A stretch of 64,000 nucleotides of DNA from the human T2T-CHM13v2.0 reference genome, Homo sapiens. Below the pieces are notes generated by a model. It had not been told where the DNA came from. It searched no databases and saw only the letters and a program-made list of their open reading frames with translations. A program made the position numbers and the translations under genes. Shown piece by piece: positions 15,964-30,844 of this stretch. Location: NCBI RefSeq assembly GCF_009914755.1, contig NC_060927.1; one strand, 5' to 3'. Positions within the stretch are counted from its first letter, which is position 1, and every line of letters begins with the position of its first letter.

Positions 15964-17081
15964 CTCTCTGTCCTTTTCGGGTAGGCATTTCAGGGGGCTA
16001 GATCCCCAACTGAAGGATCTAGGTCAAAGCAATGCCTCGGGAAGCAAAAATGGCCTGTGACCGGGAAGTCCTTGTGCACGCACATACACAGGCCAGTCAG
16101 GATGATAGTGGGAGCTGCAGTGTAGTGTGCTTGCTTGAATAAGTGAATTTTTAAAGTCATTAGTGACAAAAGTGACTTTTTGTCCCCCCGGACATGAGAT
16201 CTGACCTGTCTTTCTGTGGTGATGAGGTCTTATGTTTGTCACTGCTGGCCACATCTCTGCTCTGCGGAAGCCTACGGGTGAGCCTGCCCAGCTGAATAAA
16301 CAGGGGCCAGGACTGAAGGCTCAGGGCCGGGCATGATCCAAGCACTCACTGGTGCTTCCTCAGATGTTTGTTTTACCATTTTGCCAAAGAGAGATTGAAG
16401 GAGCCTTAAAACAGGTGGGGAGAAGTTCCATAAAGTTCTTCATCAGGAAGCTCGGAAAACCGCTTGGCAAAGGCATATCTAGAGACCCGGTTACATGAAT
16501 GGAAAAGGATTGGTCGGTAGGCACAGGCATACTCCTCTGAAAATGCTGAAAATCTGTTCAACTCTGCGGCTCAGGTTGAGACAAATGCTGTGACCGCTTC
16601 ATAAATCATGGTAGAAGGAAATCAAAAGAGAAATGTCTGTGAGGACTTTATATGAGTATTTCTTTTCCAAATGTGGAACATCCCATTCTTGGAACATACT
16701 GCACAGGGAAAGTGTGTGGCCCTGGGAAGCACTGAGTTATAAAGTAGTATTCCACTGAGAATTCTAGGAGCAAGCCAAAATACAGAGAAACCCTGAGTAG
16801 CTGCTTTTTCAATCACATAATACAACTGTGGTAGATTATAATGTCCCAGGCAGTATTCACGAAGAGGAAAGGGTTAGTGGTTTGGCCTGCGGTAACGAAG
16901 CTGACTTCACTGTCTGCTGCGCTTGTCCAGCAGCTAGTAATCTCCACCTCTTTTTCCATCACTTTCACTTGTGTGAGTTATTTCTCACCAGACCACGGTA
17001 AATGCCACTAGAAGCCTCATAGCAGTGCTTCACGTTTACCAGCGGGAAGGACACCAACACCAGCCCACTACTCAAGAGTGG

Positions 17082-17325
17082 ACAGAATTGAACCTGCGTT
17101 TTAAGGAAACAGGTCCCAAACGCACTTTTTGTAGAATCTAAGCAGTGACATTTCCAAGTCTATTGAGCCCTTGTATTAACATATGAATATCCAGCCCTAA
17201 AAACTAGAAACAAGCTATCAGTGAAAATGCTTTGTTATGTGCTATTTTATATAACACAGTGGAACCTGTGTTTTGATTCAGCAAGTTTGAAACACACTTT
17301 TTTGTGGAATTTATGAAGTGTAACA
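17082..17325 (+). repeat. Isolated alpha-satellite (alphoid) fragment, ~1.5 diverged monomers
   Basis: Alphoid motifs gaattgaacct, cactttttgtagaatct, aaaaactagaaacaagctatcagtgaaaatgctttgt and ttttgattcagcaagtttgaaacac. gaacctg at 17090 and 17262, and cacttt at 17123 and 17295, both give a 172-bp period. Confidence 0.85.
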
Positions 17326-18159
17326 CTTTCCAAATTTGTCCTTACATTGAAGTTTTTTATACTATTGCCTAATTCAGCAACTTTCAGTTATAACAGATTC
17401 TCTAGTCTAGACATAAAGTACATTTTAAAGTATTTGAATATAGTGCCCCAATCTTGCAGCTATCTCTTTGCACCCTCCTCTTTTAGAACTTTTAAAAATT
17501 AATACGTTTGTTCTGCCATCCGTCCATCCACCCATTCACTTGTTCATTCAACTGAGAGATACTAGCATAAATACACTGTGCCTAGTCTTGGTGCCATGTG
17601 AGGGAGTTACAAAAATAACAATGACAACATTAGTGACAGACTCTCATATATCACTTGCCACTTGCCAGGAACACTTCTATGCTCTTAACATATTAACTGT
17701 TAATCCTTGTAACAACTATGGAGAAGTTGTTAGCTGTTGAACTATGAGACGATACTATTATTACCATGTGCAGATGAGGAAACTAAGATTAATGAGACAT
17801 GGTCTTTGCTTTCAAAGGAGTTTACAGAGTAGTAAGAAGTCAAATTATATGTGCATAAAAGAGTGAAGTTAACATTGTTGGTTCTAAGTATCAATACAAG
17901 CTTGCAAAATTAATGGCATAGGATAGTTTCATACAGTACAAGGGAGTGTGTCTTACATCAGGTTCTCCCAAAAGCAGACACTGAGTTAAGGATTTGGGTG
18001 GTCATGATTGATTAGGAAATTGCTCTCTAGAGGAATCAGTAAGGAATGGATACAAGATAGGAAAGAGGAAGAAGCCAGCACAAGGGTACTTTCAGGGGAA
18101 GGTCTAGCTTCAGCCCGATTCCATGGAGAATATTGGAGTATAAATTATACCTTGCATGT

Positions 18160-18605
18160 TGTGATGGTTAATACTGAGTGTCAACTTGATTGGATTTAAG
18201 GATGAAAAATATTGTTCCTGGGTTTGTCTGTGAGGGTGTTGTCAAAGGAGATTAACATTTGAGTCAGTGGACTGGGAAAGGCAGACCCATCCTCAATCTG
18301 GGTGGGCACAATCTAATCAGCTGCCAGCTTGGCCAGAATAAAACCAGGCAGAAGAACATGGAGAGATTAGACTTGCTTAGCCTCACAGCCTACATCTTTC
18401 TCCCATGCTAGATGCTTCCTGCCTTTGAACATTGGACTTCAAGTTCTTCAGCTTTGGGACTTGGACAGGCTTCCTTGCTCCTTAGCTTGCAGATGGCCTA
18501 TTGTGGGACCTTGTGATTGTGTGAGTTAATACTCCTTAATAAACTACCCTTATATATACATCTATCCTATTAGTTCTGTCCCTCTAGAGAACCCTGACTA
18601 ATAGA
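18160..18605 (+). mobile_element. MLT2A solo LTR (HERV-L) nested in the ERVL 3' LTR
   Basis: Starts tgtgatggttaatactgagtgtcaacttgattgg and ends ctctagagaaccctgactaata. Confidence 0.9.
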
Positions 18606-20411
18606 GATTACCTGCCTAGAAGCAAGGGAACTGAGCATTTGAATGCTCCCCCCATCAATAATTGGCTCATGAGTCTCCCTGTGGTTGGGAAACATGTAAA
18701 AATCCCATGCCTATTAGGTATGTCAGTCAAGTGGTGGAAATGGTGGACTAGGGTAGGCAGCTCCAATGCCCAAGATCAGTCCTTTTATTATCTTGGGTTT
18801 AAGCCATTTGCAACAAAGCATGCAGAAGCTGGGGTACATGGAATTGATAGAAGAGGTCTGAGAGGATCTGGAGGGTGAGTATCAACATAACTGCTATAGT
18901 TCACCTCTTGTATTTCACAGATGAGCTTGCTTCTCTCACTCCATCCTTAAGCTCACTCCATCTCATCACAGTATCTTCCAAATTCTGGTTGGTTAAAGAT
19001 CCTGGGGGAAACTTCTAAGAAATAGGTTAATGGAATAAGCTGAGTGCTCACTACTGCAGTTTGTCTTGAGATTGTACCATCTATTTGTCCTTTTCTTCTT
19101 CTACCACCCTTTCTAGATTTCCCTTGCCCTTGGATACCACTTCTGCTAGTTTAGGTGGCTTTCTTGGTGACATGACCCTGACCTTCAACCCTTAAAGGCC
19201 TGAGCCCCTGGCTACCATGCTTTTATCAGGCCATGGTTGCTGTAACTACCCATTCCCACTTAATGCTGGCCGTGGGAATATCAAGAAATGTCCCAGAGAA
19301 CCACCTGAATTCTGAACATATTCCTCCACACCTTCATTAGGTAGCGCAATTCTACGTCCTCATGATGTCAGGGTCAACTCTCCTGCTAGTATGGTGACTT
19401 TTATTTCTGGTATAGTGGCAGCAACCAGTTATCAGTCATAGCTTTTTAAATGAAATTCTTAATGTGTCCCCTGGTGGAAGTACACCTCATCTGTGAAACA
19501 GGACCTGAGACCCACAGTGGCTGAGTTTGGGGAGACAAGAAGTACAAATTCCCCAAGTGGGAGTGATGGTAAGTAGGTCCACTTTCTACTCTCACCACTT
19601 GAATTCTGGAATCAATTATTCTATCTATTGACAACATAGGACCCCACCTTCAGAGGATTATCATCTCCAAGCTGGCACCTCAACTCTGCCTAACACTGTT
19701 AGGCCAGCAGCCTCTGGATGATATAGTACGTGGTAGGACGAGTGGATTCCACAGTCTTGTGCCCATGGCCAGACATCCAAGGCATTGTCACATAGTATGC
19801 CCTGCTGGTTAATCAGATGCTCTTTAACCCTTCATCAGATAGTGATGTTGTTTGAGGTCCGTGGGCAGGAAAGGCAAGCCCATTCCTGGAATACGTGACA
19901 ATCCCAATGGGAAGAAAATGTTTGGCTTTCCAGAGTGAATGGAGTCCAATGTAATCAACTTGCTGCCAAGTGACTGGTTGTTTTACTTGAGGGTTAGTAC
20001 CATATTTGGGCTCCAGTGTAAGCTTCTGTTTCTGACAGCTGAGACATTCAGCAATGCCAGTAGTTAGATCTGCCTTGCTAAGAGGGAGCCCATGGGTCTG
20101 TACATAGTGTCTTTGTTTCTGGTATCCTGGCTTCTCTGTTCGTGGGCCTATTGCACAAAAATTGGGATGGCCAAGAACCAAGGTGAGCTCATATCCATTG
20201 GAAGAGCTACTCTGTTCAGCTGGTTAATGTCTCTTCTGGGTAGACGCTTACTTGTGGGCCTTAAATATGTGCTATAAAGATGCTCACACTTTGAGACCAC
20301 TTCCATAGGTTAATCCACATGTTCATCTCCAGACTATTTATTCCTGATTTTCCAATTTTTCTTCCTCTAGGCCCCTGGTTAATCAGCCACTACTATCCAT
20401 GAGGCTATATA

Positions 20412-20723
20412 CAGTCATTCCTTGGTATCCACTGGGGATTGTTGCCAGGATTCCCCTTGGATACCAAAATCTGTGGATGTTCAAGTCCCTTATATAAAAT
20501 GACATGGTATTTACATATAACCTACGCACACAATCCCGTATACAGTAAATCATCTATAGATTGCTTATAATACTCAACACAATGTAAATGCTATGTAAAT
20601 GTTCTTATACTATATATTTTTTAAAATTTGTTTCATTTATTGTTGCATTTTTTCCAAATATTTCTGATATTAGCAGTTGGTTGAATCTTCAGAGTAGAAC
20701 CAGTGGATATAGAGAGCCTCCTG
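20412..20723. mobile_element. MER2 (Tigger-family MITE)
   Basis: cagtcattccttggtatcc...ggatatagagagcctcctg termini with TA on both sides. Confidence 0.85.
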
Positions 20724-22808
20724 TACACATATCATTACCATATAGCACTTCCCACTGTACACAACATAGGTGACCAGATGCAACGTCCAAACTTTGTCCA
20801 CTTAGAGAACTTCTCTCACCATTGTCTTTTAGGGCCACCCAGGAGGGGGGATACAGTTCAGTAATAGTCCATTTTTGGTTCATACCAAGATATTCAATAA
20901 GGTATCCATGAATCAGACCTGGTAATTTTCCTCCTCTGATAGCTGGTCAAAGGAAACTCCCACACGAGGCCAAAGGGTTAGCAAAGGAGAAGTATCATTG
21001 TATTGGTGATGAGTGATGGGGATTCGGGCCACCTGTTCATGCAGATTACTGTGCCCTCTGGATCTGCTGCAGCTGCATCTAGAACCTACCACTTCTATCA
21101 CATGATAGATTGCTGCTGAGCCTGCCCAACGTTATGACTTGGTAGTTCTGAAAGTTCTCAGCTCAAGATAAGCAGCTCGGATCCTAGAGTCACTTGATGA
21201 GATGCTCTGTCTCTATGGGAGCTTAATACCTACCTAGCCAGGAGCTGCTTTTCATATGGTATATAATTTTATGCTTTGAACGGCATGGCCTTTCTCCCTT
21301 CAGTGTATCGAGGACACTCAGCAATAGTCAAATTGTTCTGCAGTAGCTATAAATGATTTCCTTTGTATCTCTCAATCGCTGAAGATATTGAACAAATCAG
21401 AGCATTCCCTTCTGTTTCCTGTCTTAGTTAACCACAGGTGAAAGTTCTAGGAATGGCATTGCTATGGCCTGCCAGGGCCTATTAACACAAGACATGAAGT
21501 CATTTTCATTTGGTCAGAATCTCATCCATAAAGTGTGCATCCTAAGACCACTTTTGGGGCCAACTGTCTTAAAATAGGCTCTCCTGGAGTCAGATCCCGA
21601 GTCAAGGATTCAGGTGCTAGTGATTTACTAAGGGAAAAACCAGTAAGGAAGTGGGAGAAGCAGCAGAGGAGAGGAAAAGAGACTAAACAAGACATCAACT
21701 TTTGGTGAAGTCTCAGTTTCAACCCAAATTTGTAGAGAGTAATGATTGACTCCTCATTTAGTTTCACAGCAAAGGAGCTGGGGAGAGGGGGTAGAATTAG
21801 ATACAGAGCACCCAGGCACCTCCTGCTCTCAGCTGGGGCAGGCAGCCCTAGTGCCTGGGAGAAGATCTCTGAAGGTCACAGATGTTGACTGCTGCTGCAG
21901 ATCATGTAGAAGCTAGAGGATGGAGGCACAGAACTGGGAAGAGGGATCTCAGGGGATCTGGCCAGGGCACTCTTATGCCTACTCCAAAGTGATACAGGAA
22001 GAAACGTGCTGAGTTTAGGGAATCAAGCAATCCTGTGTGAGATGGAGTGGTCAAAGAAGGCTTCCTGGAGGTCAGACTTGAGGTAGATTAATCTAGAGTC
22101 AGTGGACGTTGACTCCAATTATTACCAACGGCATCGCAGTTAACGTTTAGTGGGGTTGTCAATAGTGGCTAGAACATAAAAGGGTGTGAGGAACAGGATT
22201 TGATCACCACAGTACTTGCTGTTGAGATTCTTTGACACTTTCCTTAGCACGCTTCCTAGGCTGGAGAAAAAATATAGAACAAAAACACAAACATCCTAAC
22301 TATCTACCCTTTCTCACTAATCTCTCCTGCATATTTGTTTCAAGTCCTCCTCTAAGAAATGTCTTCTGGAGGGGTGAGTGCTGACCATCATTACCTAATT
22401 TCCCTGCTCCCCATCCCATTCCCCACTCTTTCCTTCCCATCCCTTCCTCTCTTCTATGTATTGGGTGCTGGTCACCAGTAAGGGCTCTGAAGACACCGCA
22501 TCCTCTCTCAGGATGTGTTTGCTTTAATTGAACAAGCATTTATGACTTCCCTGCCTCCTCTGAGGGCTTAGCATTTGCTGCAAGTTCCAAATCACTCTTA
22601 CCTAATACTATGAAAGAGAATTTGATGAGCTGCCCAAAGAAGTATAATAGATTATGAATATGAGTGCTCAGAGACCAGTTTTGTTCAAGCAAACAGGGAA
22701 GACATTCAGGAGAATACGGGACTTGATTTGAGTCTTAGAATATAAGATGTAGAGACGGTGTAGGGGAATTGGCCTACAAAGGAGCTGTAGTGTGCGTGAG
22801 TGGAGACG

Positions 22809-22989
22809 CAGATGGTCCCCGATTTACTATGGTTCAACTTCAGAGGTTTTGACGTTAGGATGGTGCAAAAGTTATAAGCATTCAGTATGCTTCTCAATTT
22901 ACAATGGGGCTACATCAGGATAAACCAATTATAAGTTGAAAATATCAGTTTGTTCAGACTTAATCCCACCTTAAGTCAAGGAGTGCCTG
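22809..22989. mobile_element. MER47-like Tigger MITE
   Basis: Starts cagatggtccccgatttactatggttcaactt and ends aagtcaaggagtgcctg. Confidence 0.75.
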
Positions 22990-23444
22990 TATTTGATATG
23001 GAAGTCAGGAGAATGCTACATTAATACTTCTTCTGCATGATCCTCAGACCATCACCTGAGTATCACAATGAAAGCACCCATTCTCCATTTCTTCTCTCCC
23101 ATTCACCTATACATTCCTGTTCCCAGAGGGAACCACTTTCAAATCTTCACCATTTATTATAGTATTTACTTTCATTTTCCTAAAGGATATGATTATACTG
23201 CCATGTTTTTGTTTTTTGACTTTAAATATTATTTACTACAATAGATGATAAAGATTTAGCCATCTTACAATTCACACCTCATCCACACACAATTCTTCTA
23301 TACCCCACTCCTAATGTAGTTATAATAGCATCATATTTGGTTAAGTCAATATTCAAAGATTATATGTTTTGACTATGTAAATGTTATTTACAGCTGAGTT
23401 ATGTATGGGTTTCATGGTTACATTTTCTTTCCCCGCCCCCTGCA

Positions 23445-23779
<335 letters not shown>

Positions 23780-23914
23780 TAATGATTACATTTTTTTGTT
23801 TGCTTAGTATTCTTTTGTAATATCACCAGTTTATCCCCAAATTCTGACACAGCTGTCAAACTTTTGTTGGTACAATTATTTATAAATATTAAATATTCTA
23901 TAAGCTTCTTTTTA

Positions 23915-24012
23915 ATCCTTCCTTCCTTTCTCTTTCTCTTTTCTCTTCTCTTTTCTTCTTCCTTCCTTCCTTCCTTCCTTCCTTCCTTCCTTCCTTCCTC
24001 TCTCTCTCTCTC

Positions 24013-24018
<6 letters not shown>
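23915..24018. repeat. Polypyrimidine microsatellite (TTCC)n/(CT)n derived from an Alu tail
   Basis: Direct reading; abuts the 3' end of the antisense Alu. Confidence 0.9.
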
Positions 24019-24348
<330 letters not shown>

Positions 24349-25082
24349 TGAACTGGTGATCTCTAACCCTACATTAAACAAGTGTTCTCCTAGAACTTCA
24401 TTTCATCATCATCTTAGGAATTTCCTTTGCTCCTCTGTGAATCTTGTTCCTTTTTCCCTCACACTGCTTCTTTCTTAGTTTACATCTCCTTGCTTTTGTG
24501 GGACATACCAGAACGTGGTTTTTAGAGAGAGAGGGCACATGGGAGGAGGCAGCAGGGTGAAGGTGGGAATGGATGGCTCAGAGGAAACATGCCATATAAG
24601 GAAATGTGAAGTTATCACCTGACAGTAATGCAAGGACACCGTGTTGTGTGCTCTTGGAGGTTCTTCCTTCAGAGACAATAAATTTCAACTATACTGGATT
24701 TGAAAGGTAAAGCCTTTAAGATAGAGCTTTATATTTTTTGGTGTGCATAACAGGCTTGGATATCTCCTGGAAGACACACTATTCCTCCCCCAAGTACCAA
24801 AACACAATCATTAAAGAAGCTGTACTTCACCACATTGACAGAAGAGGGCACCATTAAATGAAGAATCTTGTAAATTAGCCCACATCCACAAAAAGAATTA
24901 CAAAAAATGGAATAAATCTATGCAAAGCTTCTTAAAGAAAGAGACTCAACACACCTCAAGTGATAAAAATTTTCCACCACTCCAAGGGAGGTAAATACAA
25001 AAATGACCATGAAGCAGAGGAAAACTGCAATGCTACACTCCAGACTCAAATAACCTCAAACAAGTATAGACATGTGAAAAGC

Positions 25083-25142
25083 TATACATATATATACATA
25101 TATGTGTATATATGTATATATGTGTGTATATATGTATATATT
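25083..25142. repeat. (TA/TG)n microsatellite
   Basis: tatacatatatatacatatatgtgtatatatg... Confidence 0.9.
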
Positions 25143-25173
25143 TGAACCTCCCAGGTTCAAACATAAATTTTAG

Positions 25174-25431
<258 letters not shown>

Positions 25432-25557
25432 TAAAATATAAATGGATTTAGAAAAAAATGGGAAGTAATGAACAGTGTGTTGATTGAACTCAGAAAGAAA
25501 ATAAAAGAAAAAGAAAAATAATCTTAGGATTGAAACATAAATTTTAAGAGGGTACTT

Positions 25558-26015
25558 ATATTGGTTTCCTAGGGCTATCTTAACAGATTACTATAAACTG
25601 AGAGCTTGAAACAATAGGAATTTATTTTCCCACAGTTCTGGAGGCCAGAGGTCTCAAATCAAGGGGCTGGCAGGGCTTGTTTCTTCCCGAGGCTCTGAGG
25701 GAAGGGTCTGCTCTATCTCTCCTTCATAGCTTCTGGGGGCTGCCAGCAATCCTTGTTGTTCTTTGGTTTATAGATGCGTCACTCTAATCTCCACCTTCCT
25801 TCCCACATTACCATCGTTTCTATGTGTCTTCTCTCCTTCTATTCTAAGGATACTTGGAATTGGAATTAGGGCTCAACCAGAAAACCTAGGATGATTTTAT
25901 CTTGAGATACTTAATTACACCTGCAAAGACCCTTTTTCCAAATAAGATCATATTCCCAGGTTCTGAGTAGACATTTTTGGGGTGTGGGGGTGGGCGTGGT
26001 CATCATCACCTCGCT
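25558..26015 (-). mobile_element. MLT1 (MaLR) solo LTR
   Basis: Contains ggtttcctagggct..., cacagttctggaggccagag and ttaattacacctgcaaagaccctttttccaaataag. Confidence 0.8.
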
Positions 26016-26329
26016 ATAGCACCCAAAGGAGAATGTACTCAGATGGAAATTTAATATGGGCACTGAACAAAGGCAAACAAGCAAGAAAATGAAATGAAAT
26101 AAAGAAGTGAAATGGGTCAGGAAGAAAGTGATTGACAGGGAAGACAGTCCAAAGCAACACTGGTATAACTGGAGTACATGAAGAAGAAATAGCAAACAAT
26201 GTAACTATCATTTAAAACTATAATTGAACTGTTGAACTGGGTGACAGGGTGAGACCCTGTCCCTAAAAAAACAAAAACAGAACTGTAATAGAAGAAGAAA
26301 GCTTTCCAGGAGTAAATACAGGTTTAACT

Positions 26330-28360
26330 TTAAAAATGCCCAAACTATTCCCTATTTTTTATTCCTACCAGCAATGTATGAGAATTTCAGTTGCTTTGCA
26401 TCCTTGACAGCACTTGCTATTGTCAACTGTATTCTTTTGCTTTTTTTTTGTTTATTCATTCTTATAGGTCAATAGTGGTATTTTACTGTAGCTTTGTTTT
26501 GTATATCCTAAAAATGATGTTAATTGCATATCACTATGAACCTCTTTTAATGTGCTTATTTGCCAACTACATATCATCTATGATGAAGCGTCTGTTCAAA
26601 TTCTTTGCCTGTTTTATAAATTGTTGTTTCCTTATTATTGAACTTTGATAGTTCTTTTTATAATCTGGATATAAGGCTCTTATTTGATATATGTAGTATA
26701 CAGAGATATCTAGAGAGAGCAAATATTCTGCTTCTGATGTTACTTTTCATTCTCTTAATGTCTTAAAGAGAAATGATTTTAAATTTAATAAAGTCCAACT
26801 TATCAAGTTTTTAATTTTATGAATTGTGTTTTTGTTGTCATATTTAAGACACCTCTGCCTCACCCAAACTTAAGAAGATTTCTTTTATGCTGTCTTCTAG
26901 AAGCTTTATACCATTAGATTTTACATTTAGGTCTATGATCCCATTAGAGTTTATTTTTGTATATGGTACAAGATATGGATCAAGGTGGGTTTTTTTTTTA
27001 ACATGTAGATGTGCATAATTTGTTGTAAAGACTATCCTTTGTCCACTGAATTGCCTTTGCACCTTTGTCAAAAGTTCATTGATCCTCTATGCATCGATCT
27101 ATTTTTTAAATTTCCTGTCTTGTTTCTTCATTCTACTTGTCTATCTTACTTCACCAAGCCTACATTAGCTCAATTACTATAGCTTTACCATAAGTGTTAA
27201 AATCAGTTAGGGCCCAGTGTGGTGGCTCATGTCTGTAATTCTAGCATTTTGGGAGGCCAAGGCAGAAGGATCACTTGAGCCCAGGAGTTTGAGATCCACC
27301 TGGGCAACATAGGGAGACCTCATCTCTACAAAAAATTTTAAAAATTAAAAAAACTAAAATCAGTTAGTATGAACCCTCCAAATTTGTTGCTTTTTTCAAA
27401 ATTATTTCGGGTATTCTACATTCTTTGCATTTCCACATAAATTTTAGAATCAACTTATTTCTACAGGAAAGCCTATTATGTTTCTGATTGGAATTGTGTT
27501 AAATCTATAGGTCAATTTGAAGAAAAATGACATTTTACCACTACTGAGTTCTCCAATCTATGAATACAGTATATCTCTCCATTTATTTAAGGCTTTGCTT
27601 TCTTTCAGCAGTGTTTTGCAGTTTTCAGCATACAATCCTTTGCATATTTTTGTTAGATTTATTCTTAAGTATTTTGTTTTTTGATGTATTGTAAATGGTA
27701 CTATGGTAGTATTTTAAAATTTTTAATTTCCAATCATTTATTTTTATAATACTGAAATTCAATTGTGTTTTGAATATTAGCCATATATATTGTGACTTGC
27801 TAACCTCACCTGTTGGTTCTAGGATCTATTTTATAGAATATTTGGGGTTTTTATATCTAGACAATAATTTCATTAATGCATAGAAACAAATACTGGAAGA
27901 AAAGGTGAGGCAAATTCATTTAAAAAATGGGTATAGAGAAAGGATTTCTAATTATGACTCAGAATCTCGATATAGTAAAAACAATTTGATAAATTTTGTT
28001 GCATAAAAAACCTTTTGTGTGGGAAAATACCATAAACAAAGTAAAAATACAACGGAGAAATTTGAAGAAAAAATTTGCAACATACATCAGAAAGGGCTAA
28101 TATCCCTAATATATAAAGAACTCTTAAAAATGGAGAGGAAAAAGTCCAAAAATATGACATGAAAATGGGCTTAAAACATGAACAGACCACACACACACAA
28201 ACACGATATAAAAATGGCCCTTACACATATGAAAAGGTGTTCAACCTCACTCAAACAAATGAATGCAAATTAAGACTATACTGAGATACCGTTTCTCACC
28301 TACCAGATGGGGAAAATTAGATAGTGTGATGCCATTCTGATGAAAGGCTGTGAGAAGAGA
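26330..28360. mobile_element. Old L1M fragments (minus 26330-27880, plus 27880-28360) with a free left Alu monomer at 27211-27354
   Basis: ORF 26844-27071 (-) LDPYLVPYTKINSNGIIDLNVK is L1 ORF2. The monomer is flanked by a taaaatcagttag TSD (27198-27210 and 27355-27367). Confidence 0.8.
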
Positions 28361-28554
28361 AGACAGCTGTGAGGGGTTTTCAGCACTCGGCTCTCCAGTT
28401 CATCCTTCTACATAAGTTTCAGTGATGATCAAGGAAGATACGTGAGGAGAAGAGAGTGCCTGTGCTGTTTGGTGCAGACTTAGAAAGGATGTTGGGAACA
28501 AAGCACTGGGGTGTTCTGGAGATGTTATCTGAGTTCCAAAGAGTGGATTTAATA

Positions 28555-28937
28555 CATTTTTTAAAAATTTTCTAATTCCACAGGTTATTGGGGAACAGGT
28601 GGTGTTTGGTTACATAAGTTAAGTTCTTTAGTGGTAATTTGTGAGATTTTCGGTTCACCCATCACCCAAGCAGTATACACTGCACCCAGTTTGTAGTCTT
28701 TTATTCCTCACTCCCTTCCCACCCTTTCCCCCTGAGTCCCAAAGTCCATTGTGTCATTCTTATGCCTTTGCATCCTCATACTTAGCTCCCACTTATGAGT
28801 GAGAACATACAATATTTGATTTTCCATTCCTGAGTTACTTCACTTAGAATAATAGTCTCCAATCTCATCCAGGTTTCTGCGAATGCCATTAATTAATTCC
28901 TTTTTATGGCTGAGTAGTATTCCATCATCCATCTATC

Positions 28938-28983
<46 letters not shown>

Positions 28984-29153
28984 AAAAAACAGTTTCTTCA
29001 TCCACTCATTGATTGATGGGCATTTGGGTTGGTTCCACATTTTTGCAATTACGAAATGTGCTGCTATAAACATGTGTGTGCAAGTATCTTTTTCGTATAA
29101 TGACTTTTTTTCCTCTGGGTAGATACCCCGTAGTGGGATTGCTGGATCAAATG
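28555..29153 (-). mobile_element. L1PB 3' fragment containing (TATC)n at ~28933-28982
   Basis: Antisense L1PB1-like 3'UTR with a tetranucleotide STR. Confidence 0.85.
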
Positions 29154-29942
29154 TAGACCTATACTGAACATACCCATTTACATCATCCTACAATTTCAAG
29201 TATATTTTCTCATATGATATGTGGCAAACAAAAGACATCTGTATCTTTTGATATGTGCTCTCTGTTAAGGTTGGTGCTGGTGCTTGAGAGTGACCTAAAT
29301 TTTATGGGTCCCATCAAATGGAGGAAAAATTCTCTATAATTGACCTCAGATTTCATTAGGTGACAGATGGCCTATGCTCAGAACATAATCTATTAGAATC
29401 AGAAAACTACCTATTGTCTTGGATATTTATGGCAAATTATTAAAATGTTTTCAATCATCAATGCTAGCGTGTAGTCACAGCCCTTGGTGCAGCCTAAAGA
29501 CAGATGAGCCCAAACCCCCACTCAGAAACAGACCATACCAAGGTAGAGAGGTTCAGCCAACCCACCCAGCTCAACTCAGCTCAGAGTCAGACCTCTGACA
29601 CTCTAAAGTAGCATTTTATGAAAACCTTGTTTTATTGCCTCAGTTTATGAAGCTGTTTTCAATCTCATTCAAGCCTTGTAACTCAGTGAGGAAGTCGGCT
29701 GTCTGATATATCCAGGTGAAATACAATAATTAAGGCCCAGAGAGGTTCTCTACCAGTTGTCCAACATCATAAAACTGATGGGAAGAGCCGTAACTTCAAG
29801 CTACCCGAATCCTAGTCCTTTGCTTTTTGTTTCTATTGTGGAAGAATTCTTCCCAGAAACAGGATCACTCCCACAAGCAGGGATTCCATTATTTCAAAAT
29901 TGAGTCAGGAATCTTAAGATTATGGGAGTAAAGCCTTGTTCA

Positions 29943-30273
<331 letters not shown>

Positions 30274-30534
30274 ATAGAAACCAATACTCGATTTTATATA
30301 TGGGCTCCTCCTTCCTCTTCCATCATAGCTTTCCCAGTATGATTCCCTTAATTTTCTTAACCCTAGTACAACCATCTCGTGATGCACAGACCAGATTTTT
30401 CCTCCACTGTTCCACCACTGGGACACGTTGTCTTAGGTCTATACAACATTGATCTAATCCCTGAAGATGAAGGGCCCACTTAAAAAAATTATCTATGTAC
30501 TAAAAATGTATCTATGTCCGAGGCCTTCTTTGTA

Positions 30535-30844
30535 CAGTCATCACTTGTTATTTGCCAGGGATTGGTTCTAGGACTTCTACAGATACTAAAACCACAGATG
30601 CTCAAGTCCTTTATATGAAATGGCCATACTTATTTGCATATAACCTATTCACTTCTTCTGTATATTTAAAATCATTTCTAGATTACTTATAAGACCTAAT
30701 AAAATATAAATGGTATATAAATCATTGTTATACTGTATTTTTATGTGTATTATTTTTTATTACTGTATTATAATTTTTGGACATTTTTAATCTGTGGTGG
30801 GTTGAATTTGCAGATGCGGGACCATGAATATGGAGAATTGAGTG
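30535..30844. mobile_element. MER2
   Basis: Similar to the copy at 20412-20723; TA flanks. Confidence 0.82.

Larger units (their letters stand above)
17950..21986 (-). mobile_element. Two-LTR ERVL provirus remnant (LTR16/LTR33-HERV16-like)
   Basis: Related co-oriented LTRs at ~17950-18897 and 21565-21986. An ERVL-type leader gttggccccaaaagtggtc follows the 5' LTR, and a PPT-like aagaggtgaac precedes the 3' LTR. ORF 19813-20181 has integrase HGLPLSKADL..AECLSCQ..WQQVDYIG. Confidence 0.8.

Noticed and set aside
16380-17080. Unique, mildly CpG-containing stretch that might be coding or an ncRNA
   Set aside because: I found no phase-consistent exons or recognisable RNA motif. It could be an enhancer, but that cannot be supported from sequence alone.
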